Source of the DNA: Paramecium tetraurelia | Lineage: Eukaryota | Direction: 5' to 3' | NCBI GenBank assembly: GCA_000165425.1 | Contig: CT868352.1 | Coordinates: 372,001 to 436,000 of the forward strand | Length of the DNA stretch: 64,000 nt | Shown: positions 40,755 through 53,153 of the stretch, in pieces | How positions within the stretch are numbered: position 1 is the stretch's first letter | Layout: each line of letters starts with the position of its first letter | Translations under genes and position numbers: made by a program | The notes under the pieces: generated by a model | The model's database searches: none | Told to the model about the DNA's origin: nothing | The model's input: the letters and a program-made list of their open reading frames with translations, nothing else

Positions 40755-42102
40755 TCAATTTTCATAATATTAAATGTATTGATTAAGTGCTTATTCAATT
40801 TAACTTTTCATTTGTTTTTTCATTTGATTTTTCAACATTTATCTAAAAATAAAAAACATAAACAATAAAAATATAATTATCATACATACAACCAGGATTA
40901 TTAACCATTTATATGATGTTTCATCATCTATTAATAATTATTAAGAATTGCAAATAGTAATATTAGTTGTATCTTTGAATGAAGAACAAAGTGCATTCTT
41001 AATAATCTCGACATCCATATTTCCTCTAAATATTTTCCCATTTATAGTCAGCCCAGGAAAATATACAATTCCAGATTTCATTTAAAGTATGAACTATCTT
41101 TCCAATAATTCAATCTGCCCATTCGTTTAAGAGAGACATGTGCTAATATTGGCTTAAATGTCTTCAGAGATATAAAATTCGAAGCAATTTTTATATTGAC
41201 TAGGTTTACTACATTAAGAATTGAAATAATTCTATTTGAATAATAAAATTGTTCATTACCATATATCTCCACCAATATTTATGATTTAATTGCCATAAGC
41301 ACAGTTATCGATACTATTCCATGACAACATCTGCTCCATTACCAAATTCATAATCACTTGAGTCTAATTGACAATACCTACCATTGCTTATACAATCAAT
41401 TTATTATTTTGAGTAATTTGATTCTCTGCATTTTGCACATTACAATAAATGGTAGAAAATATCAAAATCAATAAAGTCTTTTAATTCATCATAATATTTC
41501 TTAAAGTTCTTAATTAATTTGAAGGTGTCTCTATTACTAATATCTAATCCAAATAAAACTTTAGGTTTTTAAGATTGAACGATTTAATCAAATTTAATAT
41601 GCGCATTTAATGAACCTCCTGGTTGATCTTCTGCTAATTTATCATATAAAATCTTAGCCTCATTATGTCTTATCATAATCACAGGGATGTACACCTAGTA
41701 CCCATTACCATCATCAGCGATGACTAATTCAGATTTATCGTCTGCTTCTTCATCATAAATTATAAGTAATTTTGCCTATAGTTTTTATGCTAGTATTGCT
41801 TTTTATGTGATTGAACAACCTCCAATTCTGCTGATGATCCATTTATCAGGTTTAAAAGAAAAGTAAGGACTATATGAGTTAATGCTCTTCAGATCACAGA
41901 ATTGTTCAACCAAATGATCTGCTTTCTGGAAAGGAGGTTAAAACAATTATCCGTGCAATTTTTATCCATATGGAACAGTTCCAAAATTAGCAACTGAGTA
42001 TTTAGTAGTATTTAATAATAAATCTCTATTTCCAAAAGTATAAACTAAGAGGGTGGAATAGGAATATCCAATAAATTATGTAATTATGAATAAAATTATC
42101 AT
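40755..42102 (-). CDS. PA-domain type I membrane protein, vacuolar-sorting-receptor-like
   Basis: Signal peptide, SVANFGTVPYG, PA domain (IGGCSITQKAILAQ), CISNGRYC..GADVVMEQYRQLC..WWRY and a C-terminal TM helix with a short tail. Confidence 0.8.
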
Positions 42103-42692
42103 TTATAATAAAATTTAGATAATTCAAATTTTATTTTATTGTCTTAGAATTATGGTGATTTATCAAAAATGGGAGCTGTTGTTAACCTAATAAGTTTTCA
42201 ATTCACGATGTAGAATAATTACATTAAAATTACATATTTATTAATTATTTTATATTATCTTATTCTACTTATTCTTCCAATTCCTCTTATGAATAATACT
42301 TTATATTTAAATTAATTTTTCATCAAATAAATCCATTTGACTCATCTAATACTTTAGAAGAGATGAAATTAATTATTTTATTGAAACATTGAATATTATT
42401 TCTTATAAGAATTTGGGTACCGTATTTTCATGATCCCCTAAATTTTATGACGTTAGGATGTGGGAAATCTTTCAAAATAATCGGTTCTTTGATCAATTCT
42501 TCAGATTGGTTTATTATTTCTTCTTAATTAACCAGAATGATGAAGGATATAAGGAATTATTTATATTGCAACTAATAGTCTTGTTTGTTAATTTAAGCTT
42601 GTTTATATAGTTAGAAATGGAGAGTTAACTATGAAAATCAAAGAAATCAAATGAGAAATCAAGAGTATCATACATGAATATTAAATTTAATA

Positions 42693-44145
42693 ATGGGATG
42701 TGTGTGTGAAAAATCGAAACGAGTGCAACCTGAACCTGCATAAATAGAAGTTCATCCCTGTGAAACAGCTCAACCTTAATCTCAAAATGTCAAATAAACC
42801 TCTCTCAAGCAACTAAAAATACCTTAAGTAAGCTAATTTTTAGATGTTTGTAGAAGAAGAAGAAAGTAAGAGAAACTCAGAAACTGGTCAAGAGCACTAA
42901 TGAAGAGGTAAATTAATATTAAATGGAAGGGAGTGAAAATGATTAACGATTACATTTTTGATGAATTCCTTGGAGAAGGAGCATTTGGTAAAGTCAAGTT
43001 GGCATTCAAAAGATCAAGTGGACAGAAATATGCTATTAAAATAATGAGGAAGAGTAAACTGAAACGATAGAGAGAGTATATTAAGGATGCAAAGGGAAGT
43101 AGGAGTGACAATATAATTAGATATGGTGATTAAGGATGCACTCTAAGATGTAAGGAGAGAAATAGCCATCATGAAGAAACTCAGACATAAGAACTTAATT
43201 CAGTTGTTTGAAGTCATTGACAATCCAAACAATGATAAACTATTTATGGGTATTAACTTGTCTCATTATCAGTCTTGGAGTATGCTGAGGGTGGACAAGT
43301 GATTGAATGGGATGACGATGAATGCAAGTTTTATTTGGTCAATGAGTCAGTTGTACTTGATGAACCATTACTCAATTAGATATTTCGTGATTGTATCAAG
43401 GGTCTCAATTATTGTAACAGTTCTTCAATTATATTATATAGTGCATAAGAATGGTGTAGTTCATAGGGACTTAAAACCATAGAATGTTCTCTTGACTAAT
43501 AATAAAACTGCTAAAATTGCTGATTTTGGAGTTTCTACTATGGTTGGCAGTAAAAATGATGTATTGGACAATACTCAAGGAACCTACTATTTCATGCCTC
43601 CTGAAGCATGCGATAAAGATAGAGTGAAAGATGGTTACTCTGGTAAATCAGCTGATATTTGGGCATTGGGAATTACTTTTTTTGCCTTTGCTTATTTAGA
43701 TGTTCCATTTACAGGTTCATCTATTCCTGATATCCTTAATAATATTGCACATAATGAGTATAAACATTAATAATACTATTAGAATTACATTTCCGTAAAG
43801 AGCTGATATTAGTGATGGCTTAAAAGAATTTCTACAATTCATCTTATAAAAAGACCCTAAGAATAGACCAAAGATACCAGAGATAGCCAAACATCCATGG
43901 TTGAATGCTTAAAATATGAATTTATGGGATGAAATGTACTGATTCTTAAAATAAATAGAAATAAAGAAGAGTAAACAGATATGGAGATCGCGTAAACAGA
44001 TATAGATAATGCTTATTCATTGAGTTCGATAATGATGATAAAAAATTGGGCATTTAAATGGAGAACCACCTCCAATCTAAAAAAGATGTCGAATATCCAA
44101 TAAACACAACCATAACAAATCAATTCAGAATAGATAATTAAATGA
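42693..44145 (+). CDS. CaMKK-like Ser/Thr kinase with MGCVC acylation-type N-terminus
   Basis: LGEGAFGKVKLA, YAIK, REIAIMKKLRHKNL, HRDLKPQN, KIADFGVS, GTYYFMPPE and DIWALGIT. Confidence 0.92.
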
Positions 44146-44175
44146 TAAAAATGAATAATAAATTATTTTACTCAA

Positions 44176-45447
44176 TCAATCAGTTAAAACCATAATATGA
44201 CTAAAACCCAAAGCAATATCCTTAATCTTTATATTTTCCAATCCCAATTCTGGAACCAACCTAGTGTATGTTTCATAATATGGGACATCCATGTATCTCA
44301 AGTCTTCTCCCCCCCAAATAATACAGTCTCCTTTACTTGTTAAAACCGCAGATCTATCAAATTTAGCATATATCTTAACGATCTTCTCATCTGCATCAAG
44401 TGGTAAATTGATTTCAGTTTAGCCACTAAATTCAAAATCAAATTTAGACTTCACTCCCATCTAATTGTGCAATAGACAACCAAAAAATATTAATCTATTA
44501 TTGCTAGTTAATACTAGATTGTGAGCTTATCCTGAAACTATCTATTAAATTGATTCATCAGGTTGTAAATCCAGAAACACTTCTGTAGGTTCTTTTATTC
44601 TATCCATTTCATTATTCATTCCACATTATCCATACATATTTTATCCACAAGCATAAATTCTATTATCAGAAACCTACAAAAGAGTGTGATGAGCACCAGA
44701 ACTAATCCTCTAGATCTTTTGATTCCCAATATCCATCAATTATCTATGCTATGTAAATTCAACTAAGAACAACTATTAACTTTTAATCAATACCATAAAT
44801 CTATTCTTAGTCGTTCCTTCTTGTTTCAGTAAATTAATAATGATTTTTTTTGCCAGATCCATACACAACTCCTCCTTCAGTCAATAACAAACTGTGTTAA
44901 TAACCACATGCTACTTAAATCACCTTATCTTTAGTTGGCAATTACAATTATTTAAACTAAAATTAATACTTTAATTCACCATTCCCTAACTAGCCTTTGT
45001 AATTTTCTCCCATCCCATAACAAACTCCATCATTCATCTGTATTATAATAAAACTGCCTCCAACTGCAAATGATTTGATTGGAGCATCAATAATAGGTTT
45101 GTTTAATAGAACTGGTTGAACAATGCCACCTCTCATCGATAACATAGTACCAAGAGGAGAATATTTCTAATGTTGACTCTTATTATAATACTTGCCATAA
45201 TTAGCATAGAGTGGGATTTCTCTTATAAAATGAGAGTGTTCTATTTTCAGTCATTGTGTCTAATTGCCAACCCCAAATGTAATAATTGTCCATCTTACAA
45301 TAATGCAAATGATTATGTCATGTTGGCTTCCAGTTATTTAACTCCCACATTTTACAAATCAGGAACAAGTGCAAACTGTTCTAGACTTTTGAAATTGCCT
45401 TATCCCAATTAGCCCATAAAATTCAAGCCTTTTGCAAATACTTTCAT
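44176..45447 (-). CDS. RCC1/BLIP-II repeat protein
   Basis: Repeated GxNxxGQLG and SGxxHxL motifs (GLNFMGQLG, SSGAHHTL, SGQAHNL, ALGFSH). Confidence 0.85.
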
Positions 45448-45455
45448 TAATTAAA

Positions 45456-46347
45456 ATGTAAGATAAATAAAAACCAAAATTATTCCTCGAAAAATTATTC
45501 GATTTATTAGAGGTATATTCAATTGTAAATAGTCTGGTGAAGCATATAACATTATTCAATGGACTGTCGATAAAGATGCTATCAAAATTATTAATCGATC
45601 ATAATTGATTCGAGATATCCTACCCAACATTTTCAAATAGACATCTTATAAGAGCTTCACCAAACAGATGAATCTTTACAATTTTAAGAGTACAAAAGAT
45701 GAAAATGGCTTTACTGTCTTTATTAATCCACATTTTACTCAGAGTTCGCTGAATCTTACATTAATCATGGCAGAGAAACGAACCATTAAAAAGTCTAAAA
45801 AGGAAGACACTAAGAAGAGAAGTGAACTGCAATAAGAACACGAATAACTCAAATAAAAATTGATGGCATTATTCAAATATTAAGTCACTCTTTAAAATGA
45901 AATTAAAACATAATTAGAAATCCACAAACATCTTCAAATGAGAGTGGCCATTATTAAAAAATCTATTTATAGTCGTAAGGAGAATGGGTTAAAGAGGAGA
46001 AGGAAAGTTTACAACTTTTTGAATTCTTTTTTTACAAATCTCAAATCCTCAGTTATATGTATACATTTTACATTTACAGAAAATTAGGTCAAAAATTTCT
46101 CATTTTGAATCATGATCTAATATGTTAATGTGATGACAATGATGAAGAGTAATGTCGAGACTTTTAGACTTCTAGATCATTATATCAAACACCTTACTTG
46201 ACACCTCGAAATCTTACAATTTTCTAATAAAATTCTATAAGATAATTATAAGATTTATTCTACGATGAAGATAATAAGCCAAAATCTTTTTTATAACTAA
46301 CACCTGAATAATAAAAATAATTTATAGAAACTATTTGGGATGATTGA
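45456..46347 (+). CDS. HSF-type DNA-binding-domain transcription factor
   Basis: LFLEKLFDLLE..IIQWT..ILPNIFKQTSYKSFTKQMNLYNFK..FINPHF, then a coiled coil. 20-nt intron at 45513-45532. Confidence 0.88.
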
Positions 46348-46395
46348 TTAATATATATTATTAATATTATTTTGTAATGACAATTGAAATAGAAA

Positions 46396-46905
46396 ATGGA
46401 GTATTAATATCAGTATGTTAATAAAATCTATACCATTTATTATGATTACAACTTGTTCCTAAAATTTTTGTTTAAATTATATTTGGTTATTATAATTGAT
46501 ATATTTTTAGCACTTCAATTTATAAGGCATAATCTAATTAAAACTTGATCTTAATGAAAAAATCTATAAACTATTCAACTCCTAAGTGACTCAATAGGAA
46601 ATTGTCGAAATTTTTGAAGTCAAAATGGTCTAATAATATACATTCAAACTTAGAAAAGAAATATCGAACTAAAAAATTGAATAGGTTTTAGAACTCAAAC
46701 AGTTAGATTTGATATAAATAATAGAAAAGGAAACTGGAAGTGAGTATTGTACTTCAAGATTTTATTAAAATGAAAAAGATTAATTAAGAGAATGTCTATT
46801 CAAATTTGAAAGTATAATATTCATATTCATATAAGTGATTGTAGTAAATTCTCGGGTAATTTATTAACTAAGTGTTTTTGTTTTAGAATAATAATCCTAT
46901 GGTGA
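46396..46905 (+). CDS. Hypothetical protein
   Basis: Open frame assembled across 2-3 putative tiny introns; 3' end uncertain; no motif. Confidence 0.35.
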
Positions 46906-46981
46906 ATGAATATAATGTATTTAAATGTTTAAAATAAAAAATTAAAACAAGTTCGAATTAGATTGATAAATAAAAAATAAA

Positions 46982-49268
46982 ATGAAAAAGCAAGCTAAAT
47001 CAAGGAGTCCTGATTAATATATTGAATAATTTATAAAGAATAATCAATAAAAAGTAGACGAAGATGAATTTTAAACATTAGATTTAACAAGAATGACCTC
47101 GCTCAATAAAATAAATACTGATGGCTAAAACTTTTACATAAATATATTGCATGGCAATTAAGAAATGACAATAAATCTTTCTTAATATTTACATGAATAA
47201 GTAAGCTTATAAATATAATTTAGTATGGATTGATTCATTCCTTCAAAAATTATCCTCCAGAATAATATTACGGTAATTGTGAATACAAATTAAAAATTAT
47301 AAAGGTTGATTAGTGTAAAATGGAACACAGAACCACTTAAATGCAATTTAGGTATATTGATTATTAAATTTAATAAATAGATTAGATGAAGGAAAAGGTA
47401 TTGCATAATATAGAGTTGGTGTAGAAGATGATGGAACTCCAACTGGTATAAATTTCGAGGAAATGTTGGTATCAATATAATGGTTAATTAAATTTGCAAA
47501 CAATAACAAAGCTGAAATCATATTATAGAAGATGCATTAAGGAAGAACCAACACATAAAAGATAGCAGAATTCATGGTGAGAAGAAGGCTACAAGACTCA
47601 ATTAAGACTGACATTAGAATAGTGATGTTGGGATAGGTGAACTCTGGAAAGTCCTCCTTGATTGGAATGATCACTACAGGCAAATCAAATATTGGAAGAC
47701 AATAATTTGGTAAATTATTCAGATAAGTTGTCGGATTTGATAGCAAAGGCAAAGTAGTGAATAAACTCAATCTGTTAGGATAAGAAAAAGAAGATGAATA
47801 TGTTTTTGAAAATGCTACTAAAATCATAACTTTTATTGATCTAAAGGAAAGTCATCATTATAATAATAATGAGGCAATGTAAAACATTTAATCTCAATTT
47901 CCTAATTACTTTATGTTGGTTATAAATGCTATTTAGTAATTAGGAGCAGAATTTATTTAATAATTAAAATTAACATTATCTTAATAAATTCCAATTTTCA
48001 TAGTAGTTACGCATGCTGATAAGTTGAAAGATGATTATGAATTAGAGATATTATTGTTCAATATTAGATAAAAGGTGAAATAGCATATCATAAAAACAAT
48101 TCCTATTATTTTAGTCAGATCTACTGAAGATATTATGTTATTTAGTAAATAAATAATAGATTAGTATGAAAAGGAAACAGTCATTCCAGTTTTTATTCTA
48201 TCCAATTTAGAATATAAAACCCATAACTTATTTCTATAATTTTTAAATCAATTACCATTAAGAAATGAATTTACTAATAATAATACTCAACCTGTGGAAT
48301 TCGGTATTCATTAAACCTTTGAAATTGCTCTAACTAAATAAATCAATGATGAATAACCTACAATAGAATCTGAGAGCTTCACTGTTGAAGATGTAAATAT
48401 TCTTAATTAAATTTAGTTAACTTTAAGATCCAACAAAGGATTAATTCAAGTTCAAGATAGGAAATTATTAATCTTAGGAGGAACTGTAACAAAAGGCATC
48501 ATAAAGAAAGGGTAATCTTTATTGATGGGCCCAGATAAAATGGGAAACTTTTATCCTGTTTAAGTCTAAAATCTGTAATCTAATAGAGTTAAAGTGAAGT
48601 CAGCCTTAAGTGGTCAACTGTGTACAGTCTAATTTTCACTTGTCAATTCTTATGTAAAAAACATTGGAACTGTTGAAAATCCAATCCGAAGAGGAATGGT
48701 TTTGGTTGATTCTAAACTAAAACCTAATAGCTATACGATTTTTATTGTTAATTTATAATTTTTTTCAGCAGGCTGGAAACAATTCCAATAATAATAATAA
48801 TAATAAGAGTTGATATCTTTAAATCAAACTTAATACTTAAATGCTTCTAATGAAAAGATAAGTTTATCATAATCTCATGAATTATTAGTTCATACACCAT
48901 ATTCCAAGTAAGTAGATATTAAATTAGATAAATTTGCTTAATTTTGGAAAATCTACATGAAAATCCATTTATTTTGGTTAAATAACCAAATATATCAAGA
49001 TAACCTTCAAGATCAGTTGAGGGTAAACTTGCTTCGTCATCCTCAAAGTATCTTTAAAAAAGCAAATCAAAAAGGGAGAAAATTTAATAAAGTATTGTCA
49101 TTTATATAATTTATAGAAACAAATATATTTGAAATTAAATCTGGTGAAACATTATCCTTAAAATTGAGATTTAAATATCAAAGTGAATATTTGACATAAG
49201 GCATGAAAATAGTTATTATGGAATAAAAGTTTTCTGCTTTTGGACATGTTGTTTCTATGGAGATATGA
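46982..49268 (+). CDS. GTPBP2/GTPBP1-like translational GTPase with degenerate G motifs
   Basis: PPEQYYGNCEYKLK..TQMQFRLDEGKG..YRVGVEDDG, P-loop GQVNSGKSSL, KIITFIDLKES, domain II GGTVTKG..LLMGPD and IRRGMVLVD. Confidence 0.82.
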
Positions 49269-49400
49269 GATTTATTATTTAAGCAATTCTTATTAATGGT
49301 TGAATAAGTCTATATAATTTAGTAAGTCACTGTAGTTTTGTAATTGTTTAATTTGAAATAAGTCTTTTGGATATTAATTAAATATATATATATTAATAAA

Positions 49401-49831
49401 ATGTCCAATAATACTGTGTTGTAAAAGTTTTTATAGAACAATCCATTCATAGAAGGAATTGTATTAATGGATAAAGAAGGAATAGAGTAAGAAATTTAGA
49501 GAAACTTAGAATTATAGGAGCATTCTAAAATGAAAATAACAAGTTGAGAACAGGAGCATAATCATTGATGTATGTGGTGGCTATTCAATAATGCAATGAA
49601 AATTTAAGAAAACTTTCTGATTCTGAAACAAAACAAATTACATTAGTTTATGAGTATTGAATGGTTTGTAAACTTAGTGAATGGATTCTATATTTCGAAA
49701 TTTGGAGCCATTCAATTTTGATATTTTATTGCAATGTCAAAGCAAATATTGTGTCATTAAAATAACTTGGACAGGAATTAAAGCGCATACTTTCGCCTTA
49801 TAATGATTTATTAGAAAAATAGTAAAAATGA
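49401..49831 (+). CDS. Roadblock-fold protein, LAMTOR3/MP1-like
   Basis: IEGIVLMDKEGIEI near the N-terminus and ANIVSLKQLGQELKRILSP at the C-terminus; ~125 aa with two tiny introns. Confidence 0.55.
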
Positions 49832-49855
49832 ATTAAATATATTAAATCATATATA

Positions 49856-50677
49856 ATGTCATTGTCATTAAGAACATTTATTTTGATATGTTTGATATTT
49901 GTAGGATATTGCAAAGAGTCAGGTGAAAAGCATCTTACAATTCTAACCCAGTCAATCGGATCTATGTTGGTGTCGGAAATTGGAGACAAAGTATATCAAT
50001 ATTTTGAGTTCAAAATAGACATTCTTCTTGGCAGCAATTTTGTCAATGAAGTTCAATAGAGTGGCAGTATTCGCTGGGGCTGGAGGAGCTTTGGTATTGA
50101 TGACAGCAATAAGTTGCGCTTTCGGTATTATAGTTCCAAGTCTTCTCCCTCGATTTTATACAGCAATTGTGGTGACAATTATATTTTACTTCTTTGGAGC
50201 GAAATTACTTTATGAATGGTATCATATGGAGAACGAAGGGGATAAGGAAGAATTGAAATAAGTAGAAATGGAGCTCGAAGAATTAGACAAGAAACTGCTG
50301 AGCAGTCACAAAATTATAGATCCTGAAAATCCATCAGAAGCACAAAAAACAAGTAATTATTAGAATTTAATTCAGATTTGGCTGCTGTTGTGCCATTATA
50401 ATAAATAGTATGGTAAGCATTTATCATGACATTTTTGGGAGAATGGGGTGATAGAAGTTAGATAACTACCATCAGTTTGGCAGCTGTTTAGGATGCAGAT
50501 ATTGTTTTTCTAGGTTGCAGTTTAGGCCATCTAATTTGTACTACTATTGCTGTAATTGGAGGAAAACTATTAGCACATTCAATCTCCGAGAAGACTGTTA
50601 ATTTGGCTGGAGGAATAGTTTTTATCGTATTTGGTTTGATGCATACTTACGCTTTAATTACGGGCGATTTAGATTGA
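49856..50677 (+). CDS. GDT1: GDT1/TMEM165 (UPF0016) Ca2+/Mn2+ transporter
   Basis: Two signature motifs, SEIGDKTF and GEWGDRSQ, with TM helices. Confidence 0.93.
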
Positions 50678-50887
50678 TAAATATACAATATATAGATAAC
50701 AATTTAAATGATTCTTCTTCTTTCTAAAATTTTATTTATAATCCAAAGCAAAAGATATTATTCTCAAATAATAGGTGCAAATAGCTTAATTTAATTGTGG
50801 CTCTATGGGAACAGAGTGACAATTATAATAGTTTATAAAACTTGAATTGTTTATAAAAAAAAAAGAAATCTTATTTTTAAATAAATA

Positions 50888-51935
50888 ATGGGAAAGAAGG
50901 AAACAAAAGATAAAAAGCCTGCTTAATTCAAGTAAATCATTTGTTAATTCCTATTAGAAAGATCTATGAGTTGTTATCAAAATACTCCCAAGTGATTATA
51001 GTTGGATTAGCTAATGTTGGATCCAAATAAGTTTAAGACATTAGAAGAATTTTGGCAAAGAGAAATGCACTTCTAGTCATTGGAAAGAATGTATTAAGTC
51101 ATTTCTATATTTAGACATTGTTTAAGAAAGTTTTGGCAACAAGAGTGTAAGATTTACCAGAAGGCCATGAATATTATGAAGATTTGAAGAAATTCGGAGC
51201 TGCAATTAAAGAATTAGATGTCCTAAAGAATTAAGTTGCTGGCAAAGTAGGATTCGTATTCACCGATACACCTGTATTCGATCTTAAATCTGTCATTGAA
51301 GAAAATAAGGTTGAAACACCAGCCAGAGTAGGAGCTGTTGCTCCAATTGATGTTGTTATTCCTCCTGGTCCCACTGGTATGGATCCAGCTTCAATTCAAT
51401 TCTTCCACGCATTACAAATACCAACCAAAATTGAAAAAGGATAAATCTAAATCACCAAAGACTTTGTGGTTTTGAAAACAGGATAAAAAGTAGGTTAATC
51501 ATAAGCTGTTTTATTATAAAAATTGGGAAAGAAACCATTTTTATATGGTATGGAAGTATTGGCTTGTTATGATAATGGATCTATTTTGAATAAATAATAA
51601 GTATCCGTTAATTTGAATGATGTTCTTGCTAAATTCTAAAAGAATGTGACAAACATTTCTGCAATCTCATTGGCTAATGGTATTTTGATATATTCATATT
51701 TTTAGGTTGGGTGAATGAGTCTTCAGCTCCACATTTGTTGGCTAATGCTTTCAAGGATTTGGCTGCTATTGGATTGCAATCAGGATTTATTTTTGATCAA
51801 ATTAAACAATCCAATGCTCCAGCTACAACCAAGGCTCCAGTTGCTGCAAAGGTTGAGGATAAACCAGCTTAATAAGCTCCAGCAAAGGCGGAAGAACCTG
51901 AAGAAGATGTTGATATGGGTGGCTTATTCGATTGA
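50888..51935 (+). CDS. RPLP0: 60S acidic ribosomal protein P0 (uL10)
   Basis: NVGSKQVQDIRR, GKVGFVFT, PARVGAVAP, GPTGMDP..FFHALQIPTKI and C-terminal EEDVDMGGLFD. Confidence 0.97.
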
Positions 51936-52042
51936 TAAAGTATAGTATAAATAATAATATAAAATAAAATGAGTTTATTAGAGAAATTTCTTTTAATTCC
52001 AAATGATCTATCAAGTCCTCGATTATTTGCTGTGAGTTAAAA

Positions 52043-53141
52043 ATGGTATCTTTTATATAAATGCAATTTATAGGTTTGAGTAATTTCAGGATGAATTATA
52101 TTGCTCAATTTCGAATTTCACTTAGATAGATAACTATTCTCTCTGGTAACTCAATCATTAAGCGTTATAGTATTTGTTAGGAAGAATCACAACAATTATA
52201 AGGCTTGATTGCAAATTTCTAAACTGAGTTCAACATCAATCCTCAAATAATTAAATAAAATTCGTAAGAGTAAGTTCTCAAGGCAGATAAACATTACCAG
52301 GTCCAATTCGTGTGCTCAGAAATATGGAATTTCCTGATGCAACACATCTAAGGAGGTTTTTATTATCATTATTCTTCTATAGGACCTTGTTTGCCAATTT
52401 ACACAATAGAAATACATAATATCAAAAAAAGTACTATTTATGACTTTACATTTCTGTCACAACACGATATCGAATAATTACCAAATCATCTCGTAATACC
52501 AGTAGACATGACTTAAATGGAGTTCTTGATTTAAAATGAAGATGATTCTTTTACATACCTAACCAAAGTTGTTCCTTTGGCTTTTACAGTCGATTAAGTT
52601 ATAAATAAGATACTGTCATCACAATTCAATATATCAAATTATTTGTGCTTTAATTAAACAAGTAAAAAGATTATATTAAATAAAAATTCAACTTTAATCT
52701 ATGAATTAGAGTTCAAATCTCTCTGGTTTTTTAAACCCAACAAGAGAGACATTGGATTTTAAGAAAATTTTGATGAAATTACAATGTAGCAGGATTTCCA
52801 AAATCTCATTACTGGTTCAACAGAATCGACTTTTGAATCAAGGGAAATCCAATCAATATTAGACAGCAGTTCAAAATCACACGAATTCGAAGATGATATC
52901 AACAATTTGAGTATTGCACTTTTATAATTATATAGTGTTGAGAGATATTAATGAATTCAAAAACGAAATCGAAACCATTCTCTAATATCATAAAAAATAA
53001 CCTCTTACATTACTAAAAGAAGAACAAGCCATTGAAAATATAAATCAAATAATCTTATAGATTGAATAGGAAAACTGTTTCAAAAAAGAGCAACAAGAAG
53101 AAGGAACTAATGATGAACTTATCGATTATTAGGATATTTGA
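52043..53141 (+). CDS. Hypothetical protein
   Basis: Open frames joined by tiny introns, acidic C-terminus; start could be 52091. Confidence 0.55.
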
Positions 53142-53153
53142 TTTCATTATAAG

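Noticed and set aside
42530..42640. ATGATGA as a possible C/D snoRNA box C
   Set aside because: No matching CTGA box D or terminal stem was seen at a suitable distance.
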